From: Dictyostelium discoideum
Taxonomy: Eukaryota
Direction of reading: 5' to 3'
DNA length: 64,000 nt
NCBI GenBank assembly: GCA_000004695.1
Contig: CM000154.2
Coordinates: forward strand, 2,272,001-2,336,000
The position numbers and the translations under genes are program-made. Every line of letters begins with the position of its first letter. Position 1 is the first letter of the stretch. This document shows, piece by piece, positions 1-11,369 of this stretch. The notes under the pieces were generated by a model. The model did no database searches. It was not told where the DNA came from and saw nothing but the letters and a program-made list of their open reading frames with translations.

Positions 1-1543
1 ATGTTTTATTGTTTAAACCTTTTTGATGATTATGATTTGGATGATGTGGATTTGATGATGATGTTGATGATGATCCTGATGATAATGTTGGTGATAATGT
101 AACTGTATCATCTGCACTCTTTCTAATGTGACCACTATTATTGATATTATTATGACCTTGATGATGATTATGATGATTGTGTTGATGATGATGATGATGA
201 TGATTGATACAATTTGTATTCGCTGTAATTGAATTTATAACACTTGTATTTATGCAATTTATTGGATTTGTACCAGGAAAAGTTAAACTTCTAACATTAC
301 GATTTGGTGGTGACATTGGTGGTGACATAGATGATGAAAATACATTATTTAATTCACCACTACTTGTTATACTATTACTACCAAAACTATTCTTTAAACT
401 TTTAATTGAAGATGACGATGGAAATGATGGTAAAGCAGGTGGTAAATTTGTAATTGTTGTTGTTGTTGTTGTTGATGTTATTGTTGATGTTGTTGTAGTT
501 GGGTTTGGTAATAATTCATATTGTTCATTGTTTGGCATTGATAATGGATTAAATAATGGTTGTGATATAAAATTATCATTACTATTATTAATAATATTGG
601 TATTATTATTACTATTTACATTATTATTACCACTATTATTTAAGTTAATATTATTACCACTATTATTTATTGAAGAAGAAGGTGAACTTATACTATTATT
701 ATTATTATTATTATTATTTAAACTGCAATTTAATAATGATTGTGACATTGAATATAATGTATGTGGATCAAAACTTGGTGGAGATGTAATAAGTCTTTCT
801 CTTTTTTTCTCTTTCTCTGATTCAATATCTTCAGTATAGACCAATACCTCATCAATGTTTTCAGATTCATCACTTGATTCACCACTGGTATCTTCATTTT
901 CTTGAGTATCAAATTCACCATGATGATGATGATGATTATGAAGATGATGTTCAATTGAATGAGCCAATATCGGATCCATACCTTCATTGAAAAAGTTATC
1001 TTCATTCTCTTCATTATACCCTATTATATCATCATGGTTCATAATTTCATCATTTTCTTTTTCTTTTTCTTTTTGTTGTTGTTGTTGAAGTTGATATAAT
1101 AATGTATTTTGGTCAGTTATGATATTATTTGAACCATGATTTAAAAATTCTTTATCTCCACTTGAAAACAGTATATTTTTATCAGAAAGAGATTGTTGTT
1201 TTTTATCTTGTTCATCAGCACCATCTTGTTGTTGTTCCAGCAATGTTGAATTTGGTAATGGTACCTTAATTTTACTATTTAAAAATATTCCATTACTACT
1301 ACCCCTTAATTCTATTTTATTTACATTTATACATGTCGAAATTGGTGATGGTGTATTATTTATATTTATATTATTGATTATATTTGAGTTTTTATTTACA
1401 TTATTTACAATTAGTTGTTCATTACTACTAGTATTGGTACATGAATTTAATAGGGTTCTCAGCGTAATTCCCTCACCATTAATATTATTATTATTATTGT
1501 TATTATTGTTATTATTATTATTATTATTATTAAAACTATCCAT
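1..1543 (-). CDS. 5' portion of a gene encoding a low-complexity Asn/Ser/Thr/His-rich protein; the ORF is open to the window start, so the 3' part of the gene lies outside the window
   Basis: Minus-strand ATG at 1541-1543 ([12 protein letters not shown]...). I translated a single continuous frame from there to position 1 with no stop. It includes QQQQKEKEKENDEIMNHDDIIGYNEENEDNFFNEGMDPILAHSIEHHLHNHHHHHGEF (about 900-1080) and an HHHHHHHQHNHHNHHQGH tract (about 140-200). The plus-strand ORF 204..839 and the minus ORF 730..1014 in the track are antisense or out-of-frame shadows of this gene. Confidence 0.6.
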   Translation of the reverse strand, partial: MDSFNNNNNNNNNNNNNNNNINGEGITLRTLLNSCTNTSSNEQLIVNNVNKNSNIINNININNTPSPISTCINVNKIELRGSSNGIFLNSKIKVPLPNSTLLEQQQDGADEQDKKQQSLSDKNILFSSGDKEFLNHGSNNIITDQNTLLYQLQQQQQKEKEKENDEIMNHDDIIGYNEENEDNFFNEGMDPILAHSIEHHLHNHHHHHGEFDTQENEDTSGESSDESENIDEVLVYTEDIESEKEKKRERLITSPPSFDPHTLYSMSQSLLNCSLNNNNNNNNSISSPSSSINNSGNNINLNNSGNNNVNSNNNTNIINNSNDNFISQPLFNPLSMPNNEQYELLPNPTTTTSTITSTTTTTTITNLPPALPSFPSSSSIKSLKNSFGSNSITSSGELNNVFSSSMSPPMSPPNRNVRSLTFPGTNPINCINTSVINSITANTNCINHHHHHHQHNHHNHHQGHNNINNSGHIRKSADDTVTLSPTLSSGSSSTSSSNPHHPNHNHQKGLNNKT

Positions 1544-1567
1544 TCTGTTTATTTTTTATTTTTTATG

Positions 1568-1600
<33 letters not shown>

Positions 1601-2226
1601 TGTTTTTTTTTTTTTTTTTTTTATCAAATAATAACAATCCTCTTAGTTAACTAAAACAATTTTTAAAAAAAAAAAAGATTTTTATTTTTGTTTTTTTTTT
1701 TTGTTTTTTTTGTTTTTTTTTTTTTTATTTTATTTTATTTTATTTTGTTTTTTTTTATTTTATTTTATTTTATTTTTTTTTTTATTTTTATTTTTTCATT
1801 TAAAATAAATTAGAACAACCGTTAGCAAAACTAAAATGATAAATTTATATTTATTATACTTATATAAATAAATAATTATATAAATATATTTATATATATA
1901 TAATTTGTGGTGTGTAAAAGAATTAATTGTGACAGTAAATGGGAGGGGGGGAAAATTTTAAAAAAAAATAAATGAAAAATAAAAAAAAAAAATAATAAAA
2001 AAAATAATTATATGTATATATAGTAATTATAAAAATTTCCAATTGTAATAAATAATACATAAATTTAATAATAATAATAATAATTTTCCAAAAAAAAAAA
2101 TTTACTCATTTAATTCGATACATCAGATATTGGAATGTTTTTTTACAGAGTGGTGTTATTTTGTCTCTCTTTTTTTTTTTTTTTTTTTTGTCTCTCTTTT
2201 TTTTTTTTTTTTTTTGTCTCTCTCTA

Positions 2227-2257
<31 letters not shown>

Positions 2258-3171
2258 TGGGGGTATGTCGTGGGGGAAAAAAAAGAAATAAAAAAAAAAA
2301 AAGGAAATTTTTTTTTATTTATTTTATTTTTATTTTTTTTTTTTTAAAATCTTGAAAAATTTAAAAATAAAAATATATAAAAAAAAAAAGTATTAAAATT
2401 AAAAAAAAAAAAAATAAATAAATAAAAAATAGTTTTTAATGGTGCTAGTTTTTATTCTATGTGTATAATTGGTTAATTAATGAATAATAAAAATAATTAA
2501 TTTTACCAACCTTTTTTTTTTTGTTTTTTTTTTTTTTTCCTTTTTTTTTTATTTTTTCTTTTTTTTTCTTTTTTTTTTTTTTCAAAAAAATTTTTGGATT
2601 GAGGGGTACTTTAATATGAGCTGGTATCATTTATTTAAAAAATTATATCCAAATTAACTTCTATGGTTCATTAGAAAATGCAACGTCGAGTTCAGGAAAA
2701 AAAAAAAAAACAGTTAGGAATTTTGTAAATTTTGATGGTGTGACACATTTGATAGAGCCAATTATTTGAAATTTTCATCAAGATATTTTTTTTTAAAGTT
2801 TTTATATTTTTTTTTTTTTTTTTCATAAAAAAGTGATTTGCCTTTTCACGTAAAACGAAAAAAAGTGAACAGTAAAATGGTCAATTATTAATATAAAAAG
2901 AAAAAATGCCTCAATCTGATTAATTCACAAGATAAATAAGTATCACTTCTTTATTAGAAACTAATTTACCGAGATATTTCAAATGCAAAAATTAAAAATA
3001 AAATAAAATATAAAAAAAAAAAATAAAGACTATTATCACACAAATTATTTTTCAAATAAATAAAGATTTTTTTTTTTTGTATAATTTTTTTAATTCATTT
3101 ATTTTTTTTTTTTTTTTTTCAAATAAATAAATAATCAAAAAAAAAAAAAAAATAATTATGAAAATAAAAAA

Positions 3172-3247
3172 TATTAATAAAGAAAAAAAAAAATATTTTT
3201 TATGCATATTTAAAAAATTAATAGAAGTGTAATATTATGGAATGAGT

Positions 3248-3283
<36 letters not shown>

Positions 3284-3367
3284 AATTAAAAATAAAGAAA
3301 AAAAAAAAATATTTTTTGTACATATTTAAAAAATTAATTAATAGAAGTGTAATGAAATGGGAGTGGT

Positions 3368-3398
<31 letters not shown>

Positions 3399-3417
3399 AA
3401 AAATTTGAAAAATAAAT
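3172..3417. repeat. Imperfect tandem duplication of about 123 bp in the upstream region of the cysteine-rich protein gene
   Basis: Units ..aaagaaaaaaaaaaatattttttatgcatatttaaaaaattaatagaagtgtaatattatggaatgagtggtaaaa(A)n and ..aaagaaaaaaaaaaatattttttgtacatatttaaaaaattaattaatagaagtgtaatgaaatgggagtggtaaaa(A)n. Confidence 0.75.
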
Positions 3418-3553
3418 CTTGAGAATTGGTTTAAAATTATTATTATTATAATTATTTATTATTTATTATTAATAGATTTATACTAAAAAAAAAAAAAATT
3501 AAAAAAATTAAAATAAAAGAATATTCTTTTTCTTTGGTAAAATTAAAATTAAA

Positions 3554-5122
3554 ATGATTAATGGTTTTTGTTGTTGTCATAGTGGTTTTAATGAAAACAT
3601 TAAAAATTTTAAAATTTACAGCAATAACAATAACAACAACAATAACAATAAAATTTATTTAATTTTAATTTTAATATTATCAATTTATATTAAAGATTGC
3701 AATGGGCAGGTAAGACCAGAATTACCAAGGAATAGACCACCACCTATTACAACATTAGCATGTAGTCTCAATAGTTGTTCAGAACAAGGCGAACCATGTA
3801 GTTTTAATTTATCAAGTGGTTCAAGTGGATTTACATGTTATGTTGCAGATCGTTGTAAAAATGGGACATGTGTACCAAGTTTACAACAGGGCGAAGTATG
3901 TATAGATAGTGATGAATGTAATTTAGGTTACTCATGTGTTACAGAGTTATCAAATCTCTCATTTACACTACCCAATAAAACCAAAACTTGTGAACCTTCT
4001 TTCTTTTCTGAATATGGTGGCCCTTGTAGGCGTGCAACAGATTGTTTAAATAGTTTAGATTGTATTAATGGTACTTGTAGTACTCCACTTTATGGTTGTT
4101 TGTCTGATTTATCTTGTGATAGAAATTCAATTTGTGTTAATGCAACATGTGTTTATAGACCTTTAGGTGTAAGTTTTAAATATTTATAAAATCCATATAT
4201 TAAAATATTGTGTACAAATAATTTAAACATATTATTATTATTATTATTTTTTTTATATTTATCAAAAAAAAAAAAAAAAAAAAAAATAAGGAAAATGAAT
4301 GTTATATGTCAAGATCATTTGATTGTAAAAATACATATAATCCATGTACTTTAAGTAGTTTAAATGTTTCATCAATAGGTGTTTGTTTAGAGTATATACC
4401 ATTGGGAAATCCTTGTTTAACTACAAAATATTCTTGTGATTGGAGAACTGGCCAGGTTGTAAGTTGATTTTAATTATTACTTTTTTTTTTTTTTTTTTTT
4501 TTTTTTGTTTTGGAGCCTAATTTTTTTTTCTTGAAACAATTTAGTGTAGACCCCTATTTCTTGGATCAATAGTTGGTAGATGTGTAGTTGTACCAGATGA
4601 TCCAATTATTTCATGTGTAACAGCTTCAAATTGTAGACCTTATGAATTTTGCAAGTAAAGTATATCTTTAAAGATTTATTTAAAAAAAAAATCAACAGAA
4701 ATTAATACCTTTTTTTTTTTTTATTTTTTTATTTTTTTTTTTTTTTCAAATAAAATAGATGTGATTCACAATCTGGAGTTGGATATTGTGTAAAGAGAAC
4801 ATTTTTCGCAGGGAAATATTGTAGACAAGCATTTATATTATTTCTTGACTGTTATAGAACAACAAATTGTACTCAACCATTTTCATTTAATCCAACATCA
4901 TGCATATTAAGAAGTCATTGTAAAGAATTGGCAATTTGTGTTGCATCATTTTGTACTGAACCTTTATTACCAATTTCATTATGTGTGAGTAGAACTTGTG
5001 AATTATCAATTTTTAATGACTCTAGTGTTAGAACAATACTTTCATCTTCATTTAATGATCATATTATAAAACCTTGGAAATATTTTAAAATAATATTATT
5101 ATTTTTATTTTTAATTATATAA
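3554..5122 (+). CDS. Secreted, probably GPI-anchored, cysteine-rich repeat protein. Four exons: 3554..4168, 4291..4458, 4545..4654, 4759..5122
   Basis: Hydrophobic signal-like segment KIYLILILILSIYI. Many CxxxGxC / NGTC motifs. Donors GTAAGT at 4169 and 4459 and GTAAAG at 4655. Acceptors ..aaataag (4290), ..tttag (4544) and ..aaaatag (4758). Intron phases are consistent (0,0,2). C-terminal hydrophobic tail KIILLFLFLII suggests a GPI-anchor signal. ORF-track pieces 3554..4189 and 4928..5122 are exons 1 and 4. Confidence 0.6.
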
Positions 5123-5324
5123 TATAATATAATATTTAATAATTAATTTTAAAATAACTTGAAACTTTATTGAAATAGTTATGTGTGGAACATAATTATT
5201 GAAAAAATTAAAAAAAATAAAACAAATAATAATAATAATAATAATTTCTTTATTAAAGAAAGATATCTTTTTTTTTTTTTTTATACATTTTTATTTTATA
5301 TATTTATTTATTTTTATTTGATGT

Positions 5325-8300
5325 TTATTTTTTTAAAGGCTTTGTTGTAGTAGTTGTAGTTTTTGTAGGTGTAGTTGATGAGGTAGTTGGTCTAGATGGT
5401 AATGCAGCAGATGACGGTCTGGTAGTTATAAATTTAGAAGTTGGAGTTGTTGTCGTTGTCGTTGTCGTTGTTGAAGTTGTTGGGGTTGTTCTTGATGGAG
5501 ATGATATACCAGCTGCTGAACTTGGTCTATTAATCGGTGATTTTATTGATGAGGTTGGTGGTGTTGAAGATGATGATGGTGTTTTTGGTTTCATTGGTGA
5601 AGATGAAGGAGTTGAAGATAATCTACTACCACCAATTGATGAAGATGGTGATTTTAAATTTGAAGTGGTATTACTAGTGGTTGTTGTTGTTGGTTTATTA
5701 ATAGTTCTTTGACCACCAATTGAAGATGAAGATCTTGTTGGAGATGGTGTATTTGAAACTACAGTTCTTAAAGTACCACTTGAAACATTTGTTCTATGAA
5801 CACCTAATTTATATTGAACTGAATTTGTATCTTCTTTATCATCCAATTCAGGTGGAGCAGGAGTACCAGATCTTAAAATAGAGGATGGTGATCTTGAGTA
5901 AGGAGCAGGGGTACCAGATCTTAATGTAGACGAAGGGAAATTAATATTTTTAGTTGCTTTGATTACATTTCCTTTAATTGGTGATAATGGTTGAGACGTT
6001 TTAATTTCTCCACTATTAGTTTTATAATTTTTTTGAATTTGTAATTTTTTCATTTCATCATTGTTATTATTGTTGTTGCTATTATTATTGTTGTTTGAAT
6101 CATCTTGAGATTGATTAATTTTATCAATATCAGAAGCAGTGATAACTGAATTATAACGAATTAAGAAATCTTTTAAAGTCATCCAACCACCACCAACTCT
6201 AACTACTATCATATTGTTTACACAACGCATATTAACGATTGAATCACCCCATTTATATTTATTTGCAGATAATCTAACGATTTTATTTGGTACAACGATT
6301 GATGGTGGTAAAATATTCTTCATTGTGTTATTTAAGAATTCACCAAAAATTCTATCAGTTTGATCAGATGCAACACTTGAATATTTTGGATAATTTGAAA
6401 CTGAACTATAGGATCTATGATAGGAATAATCCTTTTTAATAATTTCTCTCTTTGGTTGATTACTTTCATTTGAAATATCAATATCAACATCTAAATCCTC
6501 CATTGGAGGTGGTGATTCATCATCCTCAGGAATATTTGAAATTGTTGAGGAGGTGGTTGCTGTTGTAGTTGGTTCAGTATTTTTATAAGTTGTAGATGAA
6601 CTATTACCATTTGAAATAGCATTACTTAAATTACTTAATGATGAAGATGGCCTTTTAAGTAATGATGGTTGTGGTTGTTTAGATGGTGATGACATTGGTG
6701 TTGTAGTTGGTGAAGGTAAAGGTGTTGTAATAGTTGTAGTTGTAATAGTTGTAGTTGTTTGATATGATTTTGTTGGTGTTGATGATGATGATGATGGAGA
6801 CATCGTTGCCTTTTTAGCCTCTTCAACCACTACATTTGCAGCTAATGTTCTCTTTTTAGTTGGAGTTTGTAATTTAGATGGTTTTGGTGTTTTACTTGGT
6901 GATGATACTGGAGTAGTAACTGGAGTTGTAATTGGTGATGTCTCTGATTTTTCTGGTGGAATTGTAATGGTTGTAGTAGTGATTGTAGTGGTTGCAGTAT
7001 ATGTTTTTTGAGGAGTTGTTGGTGGGGTCGATAAAATTGAAGAGGATGATGGTGATGATAAAGTTGTAGTTGAAATTGGTGCTTTAATACCAGAGGTAAG
7101 TGGTTTCTTTAATTTTGATGAGGAAGATGATGAAGTTGCTTTTAAATTTGTCAATGATGAAGAAGTTGATGAAATTATCTTTGAATTATTTTTAATTATC
7201 TCCTCTTCCGTTTCACTTGATAAAGAAGAAGTAGATGATGATTTATATGTCAAAATCTTTGAATTTGAAGCTGATTCATTAATAATACTACTATCATTAT
7301 TTTTCTTACTATTTACATTTGTAGTATTTGATTCAATTAATGATGAGGATGTGGATGATAAAGATGATAACTCAATTTTCTCTGTTATTATTTCAGGTTT
7401 ATTTTCATTAATTGCCAAAGAGGAAGAAGAAGAAGAAGAAGAGGTAGAACTAATTTCTTTTTCTTGAGTGAAGGAATCTGATGTAATTTGAATAGTTGAT
7501 TCTTGTTCTTTAATGAGTTTACCAATTAAGTTATTTTTATTACTTGTTTTGGTTTGTTGAGTAAGTTGTTCTTGTTCTTGTTCTTTTTGAATTTTCAATT
7601 GTTGATGAATGTCTTCTTCTTCAATTAATGAAGATGATGATGAAGATGATGCAGAGGATATTGATGAAGATGTTGTTGTAATTGATGCAGATGAAGATGC
7701 GGTTTTTGTAGTTGTTGTTGTTGACGACTCTGTGATAATAAGAGTTGATTCTGATTGTTGTAATTGTGCCATTGAATATGTTGATGAGGACGATACTGAT
7801 GATGATGATTGAATATTTTCAACAATAGAACTATCTTGAGAAAAGGATTGGGTTTGGATCGTTTCATTAACTTTATTCTCTTGTTTGGAAATAATTTCTA
7901 AATTTTCAATTGTTTCCAATTGATTTCTATCAATATCCATTAAAGAATTCTTTGAAATTATAATTTCTTCATCCTCAGTTTTATTATCATTTTGAGATTG
8001 TTTTTCAATTTCTTCAATATCACTTGAACTATTTTCTAATACAATTAAATCTTGAGTTTTTTCATTAATTTCTACATCTTCTTTTATTTCTTCTGTATCA
8101 ACTATTATTGTATTATTATTACTTTCATTCACAACTTCATTAATTTTATTTACAATTTCATTTTCATTTTCATTTTCATTTTCATTTTCATTTTCATTTT
8201 CATTTTCATTTTCATTTTCATTTATCATTGGATGGTCTTTAATTAAAATTTCTTGAATTGAAATCTCTTCAATTTCTTCTATTTCCTCTACTTGTTTGTT

Positions 8301-10094
8301 TTCTACTTCTTCTTTTTCATTTTCATTTTTAATTTCATCAAATTGTTGATTTGATTGTAATAAAGAATCTTCAGAATCATTGATATTAATATCACCAACA
8401 CTAGAGGAAAGGTCTTGGAATTCAACCTCACTACTATCAAGTGATTCATCATTTGTATCAAAGTCTGTAGTTTCAGATTCAAGTTCTTTGGTTAATTCAA
8501 GTTTTTGATCCTGTTGATTTGAGAGAATTTCTTTCTCTTTATCTTCTTTTTCTTTTTCTTCTTCTTCTTTTTGAGGTGGTTGTTGTTGTTGTTGTTGTTC
8601 AGTTTCTTGTTCAGTTGAAATTTCACTATCTAATTGACTGATAATATCATCAGTTTCATCTCTAATAAATAATTCATTATCACCTTCTTCTTCAACAAAT
8701 GTACCCATCATATTAAATGCTTCATCAAATGTAGATTCAATAAATTCCTCTTCTTCCTCTTCCTCTTCATCATCATAATCTTCATATTCATCATCACCCT
8801 CATCTTCATCACTTTTGAATGATGGTATTGGATTATATTGACCAGAGCTTGGTCTTGATGATGATGGTGAAGAAGAAGTTGAAGAAGATGGAGAGTATGG
8901 TTTAGTGATTTCTTTTGAATTTCTTTTACTATTTAAACCTCTAGCAATACCCAAGAAAGATGAAATTGTACTCTTCTTTTTCAATTCCTCTTGTTCTTGT
9001 TTTTCTTTTTCTAATCTTTCTTTTTCTAATCTTTCATTTTCTTCTTTTTCTAATCTTTCTCTTTCTAATCTCTCTTGTTCTTCTCTTTCCAATCTTTCCT
9101 TCTCTTCTTTTTCTTTTCTTAATTTAATTGTATTCTTTCTCTTTCTCATTACTAATGTTGGTGGTAATGGTATATCAACTTGTGATGTTAAATAATTTTC
9201 TAATTGTTGTTGATCTTTTTGTTCTTCTGTTAATATTGAAGTTTCATTTAAATCTTTTGATAAAATTTTTTCATTTGACGATGATGATGATGAAGATGAA
9301 GATAAAGAAGATAAAGATGATGTTGAAGAATTATTTGATACTTTTACATTATTATTATTATTATTAGTATTGGTATTATTATTATTACTACTACTACTAC
9401 TACTATTTGAAGATTCATTATTAAAATGAGTAATCATTAATTTATGTTTAAAACCTCTTTTTGAACCTTGAATTGATAAAGCTAAAAGACAATAGATAAC
9501 TTTTTTAAGATTCTTTTTTTCATAGAGATCAGTTGGTAAGAAGAGACAATTTGAGGAAACACCCAATTCTAAGCATGCACATAAAAAGAAATTAATATTT
9601 TCAAGTTTCATATAGGATGGACCTTTTTTACCATGAATTTTCTTTACAATGCCTGGTTTAATAATGTTGACCAATTTACATAACCAAATACCATCGACTA
9701 GAGCATTAAATAAATCTTCTTCTTCAAATAGAGTATCGAAAATATCTTCTAACCATGCTCTAACTTCTTCACGATTATATAAGAATGCATAATCATCCCA
9801 TGCTCTTCTTTTAGCTGTTAATCTATTTGTATCTTTTGGTTTAAATAAAATAATATCAACATCTGAATCATCATCTTTTGAAGTTGAAGTTGAAGTTGAT
9901 GAAGTTGATGATGATTTATCAGGCGATTGAATCTCATCAGCTTTTTGAACTAATTGATTTGGTGATTGTTCTGGTGGAAATTCTGTTAATGAAATTAATG
10001 ATCTTTGTGATTTCATTCTACCATAAAAATCAACTGGTGTTGAAGGTAATGGTGAATTTTCAACATTTACTAATTTTTCTGGAATTCTTGCCAT
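5325..10094 (-). CDS. GAS2-like cytoskeletal linker: N-terminal calponin-homology (CH) domain, very long disordered acidic/Ser/Thr-rich middle, C-terminal GAS2-related (GAR) domain, then a basic S/T/P-rich tail
   Basis: Single 1589-aa ORF. CH-like region RAWLEDIFDTLFEEEDLFNALVDGIWLCKLVNIIKPGIVKKIHGKKGPSYMKLENINFFLCACLELGV (about nt 9450-9800). GAR signature KWGDSIVNMRCVNNMIVVRVGGGWMTLKDFLIRYN (about nt 6150-6350). Middle contains (NE)12, poly-Ser, ERLEKE repeats and acidic runs. Confidence 0.75.
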   Translation of the reverse strand: MARIPEKLVNVENSPLPSTPVDFYGRMKSQRSLISLTEFPPEQSPNQLVQKADEIQSPDKSSSTSSTSTSTSKDDDSDVDIILFKPKDTNRLTAKRRAWDDYAFLYNREEVRAWLEDIFDTLFEEEDLFNALVDGIWLCKLVNIIKPGIVKKIHGKKGPSYMKLENINFFLCACLELGVSSNCLFLPTDLYEKKNLKKVIYCLLALSIQGSKRGFKHKLMITHFNNESSNSSSSSSNNNNTNTNNNNNNVKVSNNSSTSSLSSLSSSSSSSSSNEKILSKDLNETSILTEEQKDQQQLENYLTSQVDIPLPPTLVMRKRKNTIKLRKEKEEKERLEREEQERLERERLEKEENERLEKERLEKEKQEQEELKKKSTISSFLGIARGLNSKRNSKEITKPYSPSSSTSSSPSSSRPSSGQYNPIPSFKSDEDEGDDEYEDYDDEEEEEEEEFIESTFDEAFNMMGTFVEEEGDNELFIRDETDDIISQLDSEISTEQETEQQQQQQPPQKEEEEKEKEDKEKEILSNQQDQKLELTKELESETTDFDTNDESLDSSEVEFQDLSSSVGDININDSEDSLLQSNQQFDEIKNENEKEEVENKQVEEIEEIEEISIQEILIKDHPMINENENENENENENENENENENEIVNKINEVVNESNNNTIIVDTEEIKEDVEINEKTQDLIVLENSSSDIEEIEKQSQNDNKTEDEEIIISKNSLMDIDRNQLETIENLEIISKQENKVNETIQTQSFSQDSSIVENIQSSSSVSSSSTYSMAQLQQSESTLIITESSTTTTTKTASSSASITTTSSSISSASSSSSSSLIEEEDIHQQLKIQKEQEQEQLTQQTKTSNKNNLIGKLIKEQESTIQITSDSFTQEKEISSTSSSSSSSSLAINENKPEIITEKIELSSLSSTSSSLIESNTTNVNSKKNNDSSIINESASNSKILTYKSSSTSSLSSETEEEIIKNNSKIISSTSSSLTNLKATSSSSSSKLKKPLTSGIKAPISTTTLSSPSSSSILSTPPTTPQKTYTATTTITTTTITIPPEKSETSPITTPVTTPVSSPSKTPKPSKLQTPTKKRTLAANVVVEEAKKATMSPSSSSSTPTKSYQTTTTITTTTITTPLPSPTTTPMSSPSKQPQPSLLKRPSSSLSNLSNAISNGNSSSTTYKNTEPTTTATTSSTISNIPEDDESPPPMEDLDVDIDISNESNQPKREIIKKDYSYHRSYSSVSNYPKYSSVASDQTDRIFGEFLNNTMKNILPPSIVVPNKIVRLSANKYKWGDSIVNMRCVNNMIVVRVGGGWMTLKDFLIRYNSVITASDIDKINQSQDDSNNNNNSNNNNNNDEMKKLQIQKNYKTNSGEIKTSQPLSPIKGNVIKATKNINFPSSTLRSGTPAPYSRSPSSILRSGTPAPPELDDKEDTNSVQYKLGVHRTNVSSGTLRTVVSNTPSPTRSSSSIGGQRTINKPTTTTTSNTTSNLKSPSSSIGGSRLSSTPSSSPMKPKTPSSSSTPPTSSIKSPINRPSSAAGISSPSRTTPTTSTTTTTTTTTPTSKFITTRPSSAALPSRPTTSSTTPTKTTTTTTKPLKK

Positions 10095-10134
10095 TTCTTT
10101 TTTTTATTTATTTATTTCTATTTGTTTTCTATTT

Positions 10135-10170
<36 letters not shown>

Positions 10171-10279
10171 GAATTATTATTTTATTTTATTTTTTTTTTT
10201 TTTAAATAAAAAAAAAAATTTCAAATTTTATCCATAAATCTATAAATTTTATATTTGGTTATTCTTTATTATTTCTATA

Positions 10280-10311
<32 letters not shown>

Positions 10312-11369
10312 TTTTTTTTTTTTTTTGCCTTATTGATTGATGTTTTTATTTGATTTTTGAGTTTTTGATTTTTTTTTTTCTTTTTTTTCTTTTCTGGAAA
10401 AAAAAAAAAAAAAAATTATTATTTATTATAGTAAAAGTAGTTTTTATATAGTAATTTAATTTGAATACATTGATAAAATTGGTTATGTGGGGACAATGAG
10501 AAAAAAAAAAAAAAAAAAAATAATAAAAAAAAAAAAGACAAAAAAGACTCGCAAAATTTAAAAAAAAAAAAATAAAAAAAAAAAAGTTTTCAAATAATTT
10601 TTTCTTGAAATAAAAGATATTTTATGATGATGTGGAATTTTCTGCGTTTTTTTTGATGAAAAAGAAAATAATGATGATAAAAAAAAAATAAAAAAAAAAC
10701 AAAAAAAAAAATAACAAAACAAAAAAAAAAAAAATTAATAAAATTAAATAAAATGAAATAATTTTAAAATATATTTTAATTTAAATCATTTTTTTATTTT
10801 TGATTGTGGTGGTTGTGTTTGTTCCAAAAAAAAAAAAATAAAAAAATAAAAAAAAAAAAAACCAAAAATAAAAAAAAAAAGGGGGGATCTAACCAATTTT
10901 ATTTTTCCCTTTAAATATCCTCTAACTTACCTTTTTTTTTTTTCTATATAAATTACAAATAAATTTCAAAAATAATAAAAATGATAATTTTGTTTTTTTA
11001 TTTTTGTTACTTTTACTAAAAAATTGTTTTTATAATTTTATATCTTTACAAATTCCATTTTTTTTATTTTTTTTATTTTTTTTTTTTTATTTTAATTTTT
11101 TTTTATAAATTCTTAAATCTAAAAATAACTTTTTGTATAGATTTAGGTTTTAATAATATTATTAATGATAATTTAAATTTAGTAAGTAAACACACCAGAC
11201 AGTTTATTTTTTTTTTTTTTATTTTTTTTTTTTTTTTTTTTTTACCACTACCCCAAACCTTTCATTTTTCACCTTTTTTTTTTTTTTTTTTTTTTTTTTT
11301 ATTTTTATAATTTTTTAAAATTCATTTTTATTATTTCATTATTTTATTTTATTAATTTTTTAAAAAACA

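Noticed and set aside
204-839. 211-aa plus-strand ORF in the track
   Set aside because: Its product is hydrophobic low-complexity (LLLLII.., VVVVVV). It is the antisense shadow of the minus-strand Asn/His-rich gene, whose frame is continuous from 1543 to 1.
6635-9367. Several 60-100-aa ORFs on both strands inside 5325..10094 (6635..6826, 7609..7812, 7625..7867, 8052..8246, 8905..9195, 9128..9367)
   Set aside because: All lie within or antisense to the 1589-aa GAS2-like ORF and encode repeat-derived low-complexity peptides (poly-H/Q, poly-V/D, FIFIFI).
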